DNA of 64,000 bases, taken from IMG/VR virus record IMGVR_UViG_3300022602_001838, positions 1 through 64,000 of that record, one strand, 5' to 3'. Under the pieces are notes generated by a model that was not told where the DNA came from, made no database searches, and was given only the letters and a program-made list of their open reading frames with translations. Position numbers and translations under genes: made by a program. Of the stretch, positions 9,597 through 18,442 are shown one piece after another (positions within the stretch are counted from its first letter, which is position 1; every line of letters starts with the position of its first letter). This stretch comes from a virus.

Positions 9597-10475
9597 ATGC
9601 GCATCCAAGAGATTATCACTGAAACACTGAGCAGAGTTGCTTATCATTATACTAATGTTTCCTCTGCACTAAAGATTGTGAAGTCGGGCGTGTTTGAACT
9701 CAGTAGTAGTTTGGGTAGTATCGAACAACAATATGCACCAAAGGGACACAACTACTTTCTAAGCACGACTCGTACCAAGATGGGCAATTACCATCGCAGT
9801 CGTGCAAGCAGTTATGGCGTCATATTTGTTTTAGATGGTAATTGGTTCAACAATCACTATGTGTCTAGACCCATAGACTACTGGGAAAATCGTAATCCAC
9901 AGGCCAGTCATCACAGAGATAGCGAAGCCGAAGACAGAGTTTTCAGCAGAGAGCCAACAATACCAATTGGTGGGGTTGTTGCTATTCATGTTCTGGCAGA
10001 TCCAGCAGAAGCACGACCACACAACAACGCCATTGTGCGTGAGTTGCTGATTGCTGCAAAAACTCAGGGCATCAAAACATACTTGTATGCTGATTTTAAC
10101 CCTTGGGCTAACCTAGATACAAGAAAAACCATTGCACCAACACACTTGACAGGTCAGCGTGACCCAGCATGGTTCCGTCCAAAGCGTAAAGCTGGTTATA
10201 TGCAGCATTGGATTGAGTTGATGATGATTGACGACAAGTCCAAGCTAAGTCCAAAAGCTGACCAAATGCGTTATAGTTTGAACTATACCTATGATAAGCA
10301 ATCTGCCATAGATGCATTGAAAACAGATTTAAGCAATGCACGTAAACCAGAAAACGGTCAAGAGCGCGCCGCAGCAGTCAGAATTATTGGTTATATGCGC
10401 CAGCATCGACTAAACACAGTTGCTGACTTTGTTGAGCACATTGCCAACAAGTGGAAACAGACTCAGGCTGTATAA
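9597..10475 (+). CDS. Putative virion-packaged ADP-ribosyltransferase-fold protein
   Basis: MRIQEIITE leader and a late promoter; YHYT, LSTTR and EAE motifs occur in the H-S/T-ExE order of ART folds. Confidence 0.45.
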   Translation: MRIQEIITETLSRVAYHYTNVSSALKIVKSGVFELSSSLGSIEQQYAPKGHNYFLSTTRTKMGNYHRSRASSYGVIFVLDGNWFNNHYVSRPIDYWENRNPQASHHRDSEAEDRVFSREPTIPIGGVVAIHVLADPAEARPHNNAIVRELLIAAKTQGIKTYLYADFNPWANLDTRKTIAPTHLTGQRDPAWFRPKRKAGYMQHWIELMMIDDKSKLSPKADQMRYSLNYTYDKQSAIDALKTDLSNARKPENGQERAAAVRIIGYMRQHRLNTVADFVEHIANKWKQTQAV

Positions 10476-11563
10476 CACTGCTTCACAGTCTGAGCAATAT
10501 GCTCGACTTCTGCGTCAGTAAGCTCTGGATAGATTGGTAAACTCACACTCTCGTGCGTAAACTTGTATGCTTCCCATTGTGTGCCCATAACTGGATCAAG
10601 CAAGTGTCTGCCTGCAACTTCATCATATAGTGCCCGTTCGTAGTGAACTTTAGTGGGGATGTTATGATTGAGTAAAAAGCTACGAAGACTACTGCGATTT
10701 TGTGTTCTAAATGCAAACTTACTCCAAGCATGGACTGTGCCTTCTGTAATGGGCAACATATCAGCATAATCACCAAACGTAGAAATATAAAACTCAGCAA
10801 TCTCAGTTCTGCGCTTTTGCCAAGCATCAAAGTACTTGAGCTTGATTAACATTTGAGCACAATCAACTTCACTCATCTTGCTGTTGATGCCAGCAATCTC
10901 GTGTCCACTGTCTTTGCCATTATCTTTGAAGTCTCTGAGTACACCAGCAATGTAAGAATCATCGGTCAAAATCATACCACCTGAACCATAGTTATTCAGA
11001 TTCTTTGTGGGGTCAAAACTCAATACACTGATATCACCCATTTTACCTGACGGTATGCCTTTGTAACTGGCACCAAAACTCTGTGCGGCATCTTCGATGA
11101 TGAACATATTGCTATTAAAGAATTCAGTGTTTATTCTGAATCTATCATAGTCAACAGTATTGCCAAACAAGTTAACGTACATTACCGTGTCGATTGTGTC
11201 ACGGAACGGCTCATAAATTGATTCTAAATCAATCAAACCAGCTGTATTAACATCACAAACCGCAGTGTATTCCTCAATCATCTGTGTAGCATTAAGCGTA
11301 GCAACAAAACTCACAGCAGGAATCAATGTTCCCTTAATTTCACGATTTGGGTCACGACACTGTAAGGCAAACAATAAACCAATCGTTCCACTATTCACAG
11401 TGATTGCATAGTCTCTGTTGCAACGTTTGGCTACGGCTGCTTCAAACATTTTGGTATTGTCGCCATCCAATACTTGCCCGCTACGATACACATAATCTGT
11501 AGCATCGAGTATTTCATCATGTAGATTGTCGTACTGGCGTTTAACCCCAAAAAAGTCAATCAT
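10463..11563 (-). CDS. DegT/DnrJ/EryC1/StrS PLP-dependent sugar aminotransferase
   Basis: NSGT, IEDAAQSFG, SFDPTKNL..GSGG and SLPIYP motifs. Confidence 0.92.
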   Translation of the reverse strand: MIDFFGVKRQYDNLHDEILDATDYVYRSGQVLDGDNTKMFEAAVAKRCNRDYAITVNSGTIGLLFALQCRDPNREIKGTLIPAVSFVATLNATQMIEEYTAVCDVNTAGLIDLESIYEPFRDTIDTVMYVNLFGNTVDYDRFRINTEFFNSNMFIIEDAAQSFGASYKGIPSGKMGDISVLSFDPTKNLNNYGSGGMILTDDSYIAGVLRDFKDNGKDSGHEIAGINSKMSEVDCAQMLIKLKYFDAWQKRRTEIAEFYISTFGDYADMLPITEGTVHAWSKFAFRTQNRSSLRSFLLNHNIPTKVHYERALYDEVAGRHLLDPVMGTQWEAYKFTHESVSLPIYPELTDAEVEHIAQTVKQCYTA

Positions 11564-12528
11564 AATTTGGCTTTCCAATAATTGCTATTCTTGAACCATT
11601 TTATGTAATCAGCAAACCCCTGCTCTATGTCCATTTTTGGTGCATAATCAAAATCTTGTTGTGCTGCGCTGATATCTAATGCACCACGTGATGGGAATGA
11701 TAAATCTCTGTCGCATAACTCAACTGTGCCCTTGCCAATCATATCCACAATCATATGTGCTGCTTCTGATAGACTGCGACCATTTGAACGTGTGATGTTG
11801 TAAGTCTTGTTTGCAGCATTTGCGCTAAGAACAGCCTGTGTTATTCCCATTGCGGTATCGTCAACATGCGTGAAGTCAAGTCGTTCAGTGGCTCCATTGA
11901 CTTTAAGTGGTTCCCCTCTAAGAGCCGTGAGAATAAATTTACTGACCACACGATCCTCCACATCACATTCTCCGTAGACAGCAGATGGGCGTATAATAGT
12001 ATGATCAAAGCAACCACGCTTAGTATAATCTCGAACAAGGTCTTCTCCCATTAATTTCATTATGCCGTATTGGCCCTGTGGTTTACACACAGCGTCTTCT
12101 GTGACTCCATCAGTAAAGTCACCATAGACCATACTGCTGCTGATATAAACAAACTTTGGAATTCTAAATGCTCGTGTTAGTTCAAGCAGATTGACTAAAG
12201 CACTACCCATTACATCGCTGGCCCAGATTGGATTCTTACTTACTGCTTTTTGTCTTGGAAAACTGGCAAGATGTATAACTGCCGAACACCCACCGCTAAA
12301 GGTGCGAAAGAAATCTTCTATCTGTTTGTGTTCTCTAAGGTCAACATAGTGTATATTGGCCCGCATACGTTTCTTGCGTTCTTGAGTCAAATATTCAAGC
12401 TCGGCTTTGTATACAAATCCATAGTTGGTATTTGAATCAATAATAAAGCATTCGTGTCCGCGTTCTTCTAATTTGCGTACCACATTGTGCCCGATGAAGC
12501 CGGCACCGCCTGTTACAATGTATCTCAT
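11560..12528 (-). CDS. NAD-dependent nucleotide-sugar epimerase/dehydratase
   Basis: VTGGAGFIG, IHLAS, SSSMVYG, YGIMK (YxxxK) and DFTHVDD motifs. Confidence 0.92.
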   Translation of the reverse strand: MRYIVTGGAGFIGHNVVRKLEERGHECFIIDSNTNYGFVYKAELEYLTQERKKRMRANIHYVDLREHKQIEDFFRTFSGGCSAVIHLASFPRQKAVSKNPIWASDVMGSALVNLLELTRAFRIPKFVYISSSMVYGDFTDGVTEDAVCKPQGQYGIMKLMGEDLVRDYTKRGCFDHTIIRPSAVYGECDVEDRVVSKFILTALRGEPLKVNGATERLDFTHVDDTAMGITQAVLSANAANKTYNITRSNGRSLSEAAHMIVDMIGKGTVELCDRDLSFPSRGALDISAAQQDFDYAPKMDIEQGFADYIKWFKNSNYWKAKL

Positions 12529-13202
12529 TGTTCTACTTTCTCTATATGGGATAAACATTCGTTGGCAAATAATGTTTGAACTGGTTCTTTATCAACATGA
12601 AAGTAAGGTCTAACTTTCATGTTATTATGATACCATAAGTTTGTTAATAGTTGCTGATCTTTATAGTCTACAATGAAGTTTTCCATAAAATTTGAATTTA
12701 TAAATGCAGCATAGTCTTGTTGATATTCAAAACCGCCTAGGGTAAAACAAAATGGTATGTTTTTAATTTTCAACATTTGTAAACAGTAGCAGATGAAAAA
12801 ATAATTTTTAACTCTCTCAAAGTTTTCCGAAAATACTTCTAGTATGCACGAATCTAATTTTAACAGTAAAGCAGGATCAACCATATTTCTGTATTGATTA
12901 GTTGCGTATCTAGATTTGATGTAGTCTGCCAACCCTTCTGTGGATAGCTGATTGGGCAATGCATCAAGGTTTTTGTCTAACTCATATCTACCAGTGCTGG
13001 TAAAAGACAGTATGACAAAATCAGGATTCAGTCTGATGCCTTGTGTTAATTGTTCTGCAATAAGTGCGTTACTAGATCCACCGTAGGCCAAATTACATAC
13101 CTCATAGTTCGGCGAACTGTTTAAAATTTTTTCACTCCAGTGTAGTCCTGAGTAGTCTGGATCTGTTATGGAAAAACTGTCTCCGCATAATAGTATCTTC
13201 AT
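12525..13202 (-). CDS. SGNH/GDSL-like protein
   Basis: CGDSFS, NLAYGGSSN and C-terminal FH. Confidence 0.55.
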   Translation of the reverse strand: MKILLCGDSFSITDPDYSGLHWSEKILNSSPNYEVCNLAYGGSSNALIAEQLTQGIRLNPDFVILSFTSTGRYELDKNLDALPNQLSTEGLADYIKSRYATNQYRNMVDPALLLKLDSCILEVFSENFERVKNYFFICYCLQMLKIKNIPFCFTLGGFEYQQDYAAFINSNFMENFIVDYKDQQLLTNLWYHNNMKVRPYFHVDKEPVQTLFANECLSHIEKVEQ

Positions 13203-14245
13203 ACTGCCATTGGTGCCCGGATTGCGTCGTGACTGGTATAGTTTACCAGTTTGATATCTGACATTGTGAACTTGGTAATGTCAGTGATATCGGTATTAAG
13301 TTGTAGTTGCGGGGCAGGTAGTGGTTCACGTTTCAATTGTTCCTTAACTTGCTCTACATGGTTGAGGTATATGTGTGCGTCGCCGAGAACGTGAACAAAC
13401 TCACCAACCCCCAAATGGCACACTTGAGCTATAAGATGCGTCAGCAACGAATAACTCGCAACGTTAAAGGGTACCCCCAAAAACATGTCGCAACTACGCT
13501 GGTACATCTGGCAACTTAATTTTCTAGTTGGCAGACCTAATTCTTTTAAAATTTCTGCTGTCTTTTTCTGACCTTCAAATCTAGGATCTAAGAACATTTT
13601 ATGCACAGCATCAGTGTTACGATAATTCATATAAACACGATCAAGTTCTTGATCGGTCATATCACTGACATAGAACTGTGCAAAGCAATGGCAAGGGGGA
13701 AGAGCCATCATACTCAATTCCCCGGGATTCCATGCTGTCAAAATATGACGACGACTATCAGGATCGTTCTTGATGCCGTCAATTAATTCTCGAAGTTGAT
13801 CTGTTTCTTTGAAGTGTACACTGCCTTTGCGATTATACTGTGTACCAAAATCATCACGGAATGTTTCTGCTTTATGTACAACAGGAGTACGCCAGTGGCG
13901 CCATTGCACGCCATATACTCTGCCCAAGTCGCCCTCAAATCGGGCTTTGGGTCGCCAGTAGGGTGCTGTGGCATTGGCAGTCCAGATAGTTGTCTTGCTA
14001 GACTCGGCGCTACCATATAAAATCTCTCGCAGCCGCTTTTCATCTCCTGAACCTTCAAGCAGCCACAGCAACTCTGATACTACACTACGCCAGGCTAGCT
14101 TCTTAGTCGTAACCGCCGGAAAGGAGTCTGCAAGATTATATCTCTGTTGCATACCAAACAGACTAATAGTTCCAGTGCCCGTTCGATCTTGTTTAGTGGT
14201 TCCATTATCAAGAACCTGTTGTAGTGCGCCTAAATATTGATTCAT
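13199..14245 (-). CDS. thyA: Thymidylate synthase
   Basis: DRTGTGT, ELLW, YGVQWR, SRR, MALPPCH, YQRSCD.FLGVPFN and DAHIY motifs; two in-frame insertions. Confidence 0.96.
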   Translation of the reverse strand: MNQYLGALQQVLDNGTTKQDRTGTGTISLFGMQQRYNLADSFPAVTTKKLAWRSVVSELLWLLEGSGDEKRLREILYGSAESSKTTIWTANATAPYWRPKARFEGDLGRVYGVQWRHWRTPVVHKAETFRDDFGTQYNRKGSVHFKETDQLRELIDGIKNDPDSRRHILTAWNPGELSMMALPPCHCFAQFYVSDMTDQELDRVYMNYRNTDAVHKMFLDPRFEGQKKTAEILKELGLPTRKLSCQMYQRSCDMFLGVPFNVASYSLLTHLIAQVCHLGVGEFVHVLGDAHIYLNHVEQVKEQLKREPLPAPQLQLNTDITDITKFTMSDIKLVNYTSHDAIRAPMAV

Positions 14246-14714
14246 ATACAGTAAATGTGCAGTTGTCTTCGGGAGCAGCGCTGGCACTTACCATGCGATA
14301 CCCACTCAACATTGATTTTAAGTTAATCTTAGTATCTATTTTATACACACCCTTGAAGTGTGTCAAGTATATTCTGTCATACAAGTCAGCGCATTGTGCC
14401 AGAATCTCTGAACCGCCAACAACCCAAACAGTCTTGTTTGGATTTTCTTTTCCTATTTGTCGTACTTGTTCTTTGATATCGCCACTGATAACTCTGGCGT
14501 GCTCGATTGGTCTATTAGTAGCAACATACGCAGTCCTGCCTGGCAATGGCTTCGGCAGTTTGGGATCATCCCAACTACGACGACCCATAACAACGATGTG
14601 ACCATCTGTAAGATGCTTGAAGTTTTTCATGTCATTGGAATTATGGGGCCAAGGCAATGTGCCATTGAACCCAATGCCACCGAACTGATCGGCGGCGAAT
14701 AGGGCGTTTATCAT
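14208..14714 (-). CDS. folA: Dihydrofolate reductase
   Basis: IGFNGTLPW, D..NFK..T, VMGRRSW, PLPGR and VGG motifs; adjacent to thyA. Confidence 0.93.
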   Translation of the reverse strand: MINALFAADQFGGIGFNGTLPWPHNSNDMKNFKHLTDGHIVVMGRRSWDDPKLPKPLPGRTAYVATNRPIEHARVISGDIKEQVRQIGKENPNKTVWVVGGSEILAQCADLYDRIYLTHFKGVYKIDTKINLKSMLSGYRMVSASAAPEDNCTFTVYESIFRRTTTGS

Positions 14715-15064
14715 AGATTTTTTAATATGCTATTTGTAATAGGTTGAACAGTATTTGCAACGTTGTCTGCATCAATAAAGAAACTTGCGTCTTTAATTAC
14801 ATCATCGTTTGCATCTAATCGACTGTTAATCATATCTTCAAGTTCTTCTTCTGCATAGCCCTCAGCCAGCATATCACGAACATTGATTTCAACTACTGTA
14901 CCGTCGATTAGTTCTACTTCAATCTTTTGAATAACGGATATCGGAGCTTCAACAGTGTCTATCTCTGCCAATATCTGTTTCCATTTATCCCGCTCTGTCA
15001 CAAGCAGTTTAAGCCGTTTGCTTTTTCTTGGCTGTTTTGGCTTTTGTGGTTTTTGTTGTGCCAT
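14711..15064 (-). CDS. Hypothetical protein
   Basis: 117-aa ORF coupled to its neighbours. Confidence 0.65.
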   Translation of the reverse strand: MAQQKPQKPKQPRKSKRLKLLVTERDKWKQILAEIDTVEAPISVIQKIEVELIDGTVVEINVRDMLAEGYAEEELEDMINSRLDANDDVIKDASFFIDADNVANTVQPITNSILKNL

Positions 15065-15680
15065 CGGTCTGAACAGGATTCAATGTAGCAGCCTCGGCTT
15101 CGAGTCGTGCTGCTTCTGCCAACATTTGTTGGGCTTCAAGTTTCATCTTAGCGGCTTGTGCAACACGTTGTGCGGCAAGTTGATCGTCTGTTAGAACATC
15201 GCCAATGGCAGCATTAGATGTTTCTGCAACATTGCTGCGACTTGCTGGGTTCTGACCAACTTCACGTGCTTCACGCTTGCCAGTGAATCCGGCGTTCTTG
15301 TCCAAATCTGCCATCTTTTTGATAGCTTCTTCGCCCTGTTCCATTTGATTCAAAATGCTGTTCAATTCATCAAGACGTACATTGGATTTAGCATTTGGGG
15401 TAATGATAACTTGGTTAGTTGGAACTTTTTTCATCAGCCCCATTTTGTGAACTGTTTCAAGACAGTTGCGACCATCAGCCATTGTATGACGGAACAATGC
15501 ATCAGCCAAGTCTTTACTGTTTTGACCAATTGGGCTTTCAAGTACTTTCATAACATCGTCGTGAATCATACTTGGCAGCATATCGCTGTACAAGACCAAG
15601 CACATATGTTCGTCACCTGGAATTTGGCGATAGGCCAAAACAATCTTTTTGTCGTTGTGTTTACCAATATGTTTAAGCAT
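15009..15680 (-). CDS. Hypothetical protein
   Basis: GGAG Shine-Dalgarno before MLKHIGK; Ala/Lys-rich C-terminus. Confidence 0.7.
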   Translation of the reverse strand: MLKHIGKHNDKKIVLAYRQIPGDEHMCLVLYSDMLPSMIHDDVMKVLESPIGQNSKDLADALFRHTMADGRNCLETVHKMGLMKKVPTNQVIITPNAKSNVRLDELNSILNQMEQGEEAIKKMADLDKNAGFTGKREAREVGQNPASRSNVAETSNAAIGDVLTDDQLAAQRVAQAAKMKLEAQQMLAEAARLEAEAATLNPVQTDGTTKTTKAKTAKKKQTA

Positions 15681-15918
15681 TTTGTTCTCCTGCTGGTGCT
15701 GCTGGAGCTTGACGGGCGATAGCACCTTGTGCTTCTAAGAAAGCAAACAAACGGTCGTGTAAGCCACCGATTGCAGACATTTCTTCTGCAGGAACTGCTC
15801 CGCGCTGTGCGAATGCTTGAATAGTTTGTAGAGCCAAAACCAAATCGCTTAGTTGCAGAGTTGGTGCAGAGGGTTGCTCTACTGGGGCTTCTGTTGTTTG
15901 AGTTGTGTCATCAGACAT
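15673..15918 (-). CDS. Hypothetical protein
   Basis: 81 aa; GGAG Shine-Dalgarno; TTAAATA upstream. Confidence 0.65.
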   Translation of the reverse strand: MSDDTTQTTEAPVEQPSAPTLQLSDLVLALQTIQAFAQRGAVPAEEMSAIGGLHDRLFAFLEAQGAIARQAPAAPAGEQNA

Positions 15919-15980
15919 TTATTTTCTCCGTTCAAATAACTATAGATATTTAACACATAGTTACCGAACAGAAAAATTTT

Positions 15981-16268
15981 TTACCACTGAGGGGTTTTAT
16001 TTATAGTATCTAAAATTAGGCTAAAGTAGCTGGCTTCCCCGGGTTCTTCAAACGCTACGCATCGTGTAACACCAGTCTTACCCAAATCACTTTCTTTGTA
16101 GAAATCACCGTAGTAAAAGCGACCAGTCAGATGCTCATAAATCCAATCTGTGATGGTTTTTTCATTGACATAGGTATCAAACAGTACCTGGGTAAAATGC
16201 GGAGGGCAGTGCTCTACTCTCCGCAGTCCAAACACAGCCAATGGATTAGCTTCGTTGTGTTTCAGCAT
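15981..16268 (-). CDS. Hypothetical protein (small W...F.E..EA..F.L family)
   Basis: 95 aa; ends FEEPGEASYFSL. Confidence 0.65.
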   Translation of the reverse strand: MLKHNEANPLAVFGLRRVEHCPPHFTQVLFDTYVNEKTITDWIYEHLTGRFYYGDFYKESDLGKTGVTRCVAFEEPGEASYFSLILDTINKTPQW

Positions 16269-16573
16269 CAGATACCCAACTTGGCCTTGTCAATTTGACC
16301 AGTGATCACTGTGATGTTTTGATCCATGTGTGGATACTCGACAACGATTTTAGTTTCAAGCGACTTTTCTGCCTCGGGCATTTGACCTTCGATCAGGCTA
16401 AAGTCACGTACTGCAACTGCAATTTCTGCGGCACGATGCAAGTCACCCAAACGCAGTTCAAGTTCCAAAATACGCTCAATGGCAGCATCCAAGTCTGCTG
16501 GTGCATTGTGATACGTTGGCTTGATCATAACAGGGGTATCTGGATTTTCAGATGTTGTATCTACTTGAGACAT
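16268..16573 (-). CDS. Hypothetical protein
   Basis: 101-aa ORF in the operon. Confidence 0.6.
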   Translation of the reverse strand: MSQVDTTSENPDTPVMIKPTYHNAPADLDAAIERILELELRLGDLHRAAEIAVAVRDFSLIEGQMPEAEKSLETKIVVEYPHMDQNITVITGQIDKAKLGI

Positions 16574-16774
16574 TTAGTTTCCTTTAACAAGATTAGTAAA
16601 ATTCAAATGTTCTGCACACTTGACACAAATTGCATTGTACCGTGGGCCACCAGTTGTACTGATCACTGCATCGCAACTGTGACACAAGATAAAAGCCTGT
16701 GTTACAATGGCACCACGCGGTGTTTCGTAAATTGGCTCCAGAGTGTAGCCAATTATTTTGCGATTATTTTGCAT
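16574..16774 (-). CDS. Small zinc-finger protein
   Basis: CHSC...CVKC; start placed at MQNN (16774). Confidence 0.55.
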   Translation of the reverse strand: MQNNRKIIGYTLEPIYETPRGAIVTQAFILCHSCDAVISTTGGPRYNAICVKCAEHLNFTNLVKGN

Positions 16775-18020
16775 CTTCGTAGTGTGCCCAGATACCGAAC
16801 TCGGGTTCAGCGCTAGGGTTGCCTTTGATGATCCAAACAGTGTCGCAGTAGCTTTCAACTTCTTCTGGACGCCAGCCATAGAAACAGTAGTCAGTGAACA
16901 TAATCAGTTTCTTGGGTTCGATACCGTTTTCGATCAAGTATTCCCACACACAGTGAGGGTCAGTACCGCCACCGCCTAGTGGATCAAACTCAGTGATTTC
17001 AGCCATGTTTTCACTAGTGAACTCACCGATGCCACCAATCTCAGTATCCCAACCCACGACACGGATTTTGTATTCAGTATACGAATCCATAATGCCTTTG
17101 ATTTCACTGAAAAAGATTTTCAGTTCCTCGGGACCAATCGAACCTGATGTATCGATACCGATAAAGATATCAATAGTTTCACCTGGCTTAGTAGATGGCA
17201 AGATAGCATCCATGTGCCAAGACTTACGACCTGGACGAGCAAATGTGTAATCGTTTTTGATCACTGATTGAATTTGTTGTTCAAGCAATTCTTTCCAGCT
17301 GATTTGAGGTTCAGTCAAATCTTGAATCATACGCTTGACACCACCGGGCAAGTTACCTGCACCTGCTGCCTGGGCAGCCTGCAACACAGCATCCTTGACT
17401 TCATCACGAATGGCTTTCTTTTCTTCCTCGCTCAGTTTAGGACGACCTTTACCATCTTTGTTGCCGTCACCATCACTATCACTTTCGCCATCACCATCGC
17501 CATCCAAGTGTTCATCAAGGATCTGCTTGAGCATATCGTTAATGTCTTTTTCAGTAGCGTTTTGCATCAAGTGATCGTAGACTTCTTCCATACTCCAGCC
17601 CTTGTATTTTTGATCATACAAGCCCACTGGAATCTTTTCACCCAAACGCTGATCAACCAAGTCATTGTTCACGCAGTAGTCTGCGGCAATGTTACTGACT
17701 TTGGGATCACGATCAACACGGCGACCCATGTGATCATAGACAACGTGCAACACTTCGTGACCAAACAAGAACTCAATCTGCTTGATCGGCATCTTGTTGA
17801 TAAATTCTGAGTTGTAATAAAAATGGCGACCGTCAGTGGCAGCAGTACCACACCATTCGTCGGCGTTAACCAACTTCAAACGAGTAGCCAAGTTGCCGAA
17901 AAATGGCGCACGGAGTAACAGACCGATACGAGCAGTGACGAGTTTATCACGTGCGGCTGCATCGACTTGGGGGTTAGTTACTGTTGCGGCTTTTGTTTTT
18001 TCTGCGAGAGTGTTAGACAT
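16764..18020 (-). CDS. DUF2201-like metallopeptidase plus VWA domain protein
   Basis: TAATDG, HEVLH (HExxH), NIAADYCVN, MIDAS IDTSGS, GGGGTD and FTD motifs. Confidence 0.88.
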   Translation of the reverse strand: MSNTLAEKTKAATVTNPQVDAAARDKLVTARIGLLLRAPFFGNLATRLKLVNADEWCGTAATDGRHFYYNSEFINKMPIKQIEFLFGHEVLHVVYDHMGRRVDRDPKVSNIAADYCVNNDLVDQRLGEKIPVGLYDQKYKGWSMEEVYDHLMQNATEKDINDMLKQILDEHLDGDGDGESDSDGDGNKDGKGRPKLSEEEKKAIRDEVKDAVLQAAQAAGAGNLPGGVKRMIQDLTEPQISWKELLEQQIQSVIKNDYTFARPGRKSWHMDAILPSTKPGETIDIFIGIDTSGSIGPEELKIFFSEIKGIMDSYTEYKIRVVGWDTEIGGIGEFTSENMAEITEFDPLGGGGTDPHCVWEYLIENGIEPKKLIMFTDYCFYGWRPEEVESYCDTVWIIKGNPSAEPEFGIWAHYEDAK

Positions 18021-18041
18021 TTCTGCTCCTGTTGAGTCTCT

Positions 18042-18070
18042 ATTATAGCATAGAGTTGAAAATTTTGCAA
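18042..18070 (-). promoter_or_regulatory. sigma70-type promoter TTGCAA-17-TATAAT
   Basis: Near-consensus boxes with a 17-bp spacer, upstream of the AGGAG RBS of the gene starting at 18020. Confidence 0.65.
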
Positions 18071-18087
18071 ATTCGAAAATGTAATAC

Positions 18088-18381
18088 TCAAGTATTCATC
18101 CACTTGAGCGAAAAATATGTTAGTAGTTCATCTTTTAGATAGATGTAGTATTTACGATCATCTTTGTGCCAAGCCCATTTTGGGTTAAAACCATCCAACT
18201 TGTCCATAACTTCGTGATACTGTATTGCCCAGAAGGTATCACGATCAATACCCGGACCATAGTTTTCCCAACACCAGTTGCGAATCTGTATATACACAGC
18301 AATGTCACTAGTCCCAAGTCTAACACGGTGACTGAAAAAAGTGCTTAGTGCGTGTCTACCGTCAAGTTTTTCTAGTTGCAT
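18088..18381 (-). CDS. Hypothetical protein (small ...F.LKW family)
   Basis: RNWCWENYGP...YLKDELLTYFSLKW. Confidence 0.65.
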   Translation of the reverse strand: MQLEKLDGRHALSTFFSHRVRLGTSDIAVYIQIRNWCWENYGPGIDRDTFWAIQYHEVMDKLDGFNPKWAWHKDDRKYYIYLKDELLTYFSLKWMNT

Positions 18382-18384
18382 AGT

Positions 18385-18416
18385 AAAAAAGGGGACTTAC
18401 AGATTTCTCTAGCCCC
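18385..18416 (-). terminator. Intrinsic terminator after the MoxR ATPase
   Basis: GGGG...CCCC stem followed by TTTTTT on the minus strand. Confidence 0.55.
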
Positions 18417-18442
18417 AATGTTCAACCTAAGGAGATAACCGA

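Noticed and set aside
13199-14245. ThyA homolog as a dCMP/dUMP hydroxymethylase, or its insertions as an intein or intron
   Set aside because: The dUMP-specific Asn (PFNV) and all TS motifs are canonical and DHFR is adjacent. The insertions are short, in frame and lack Cys/Ser...His-Asn splice ends.
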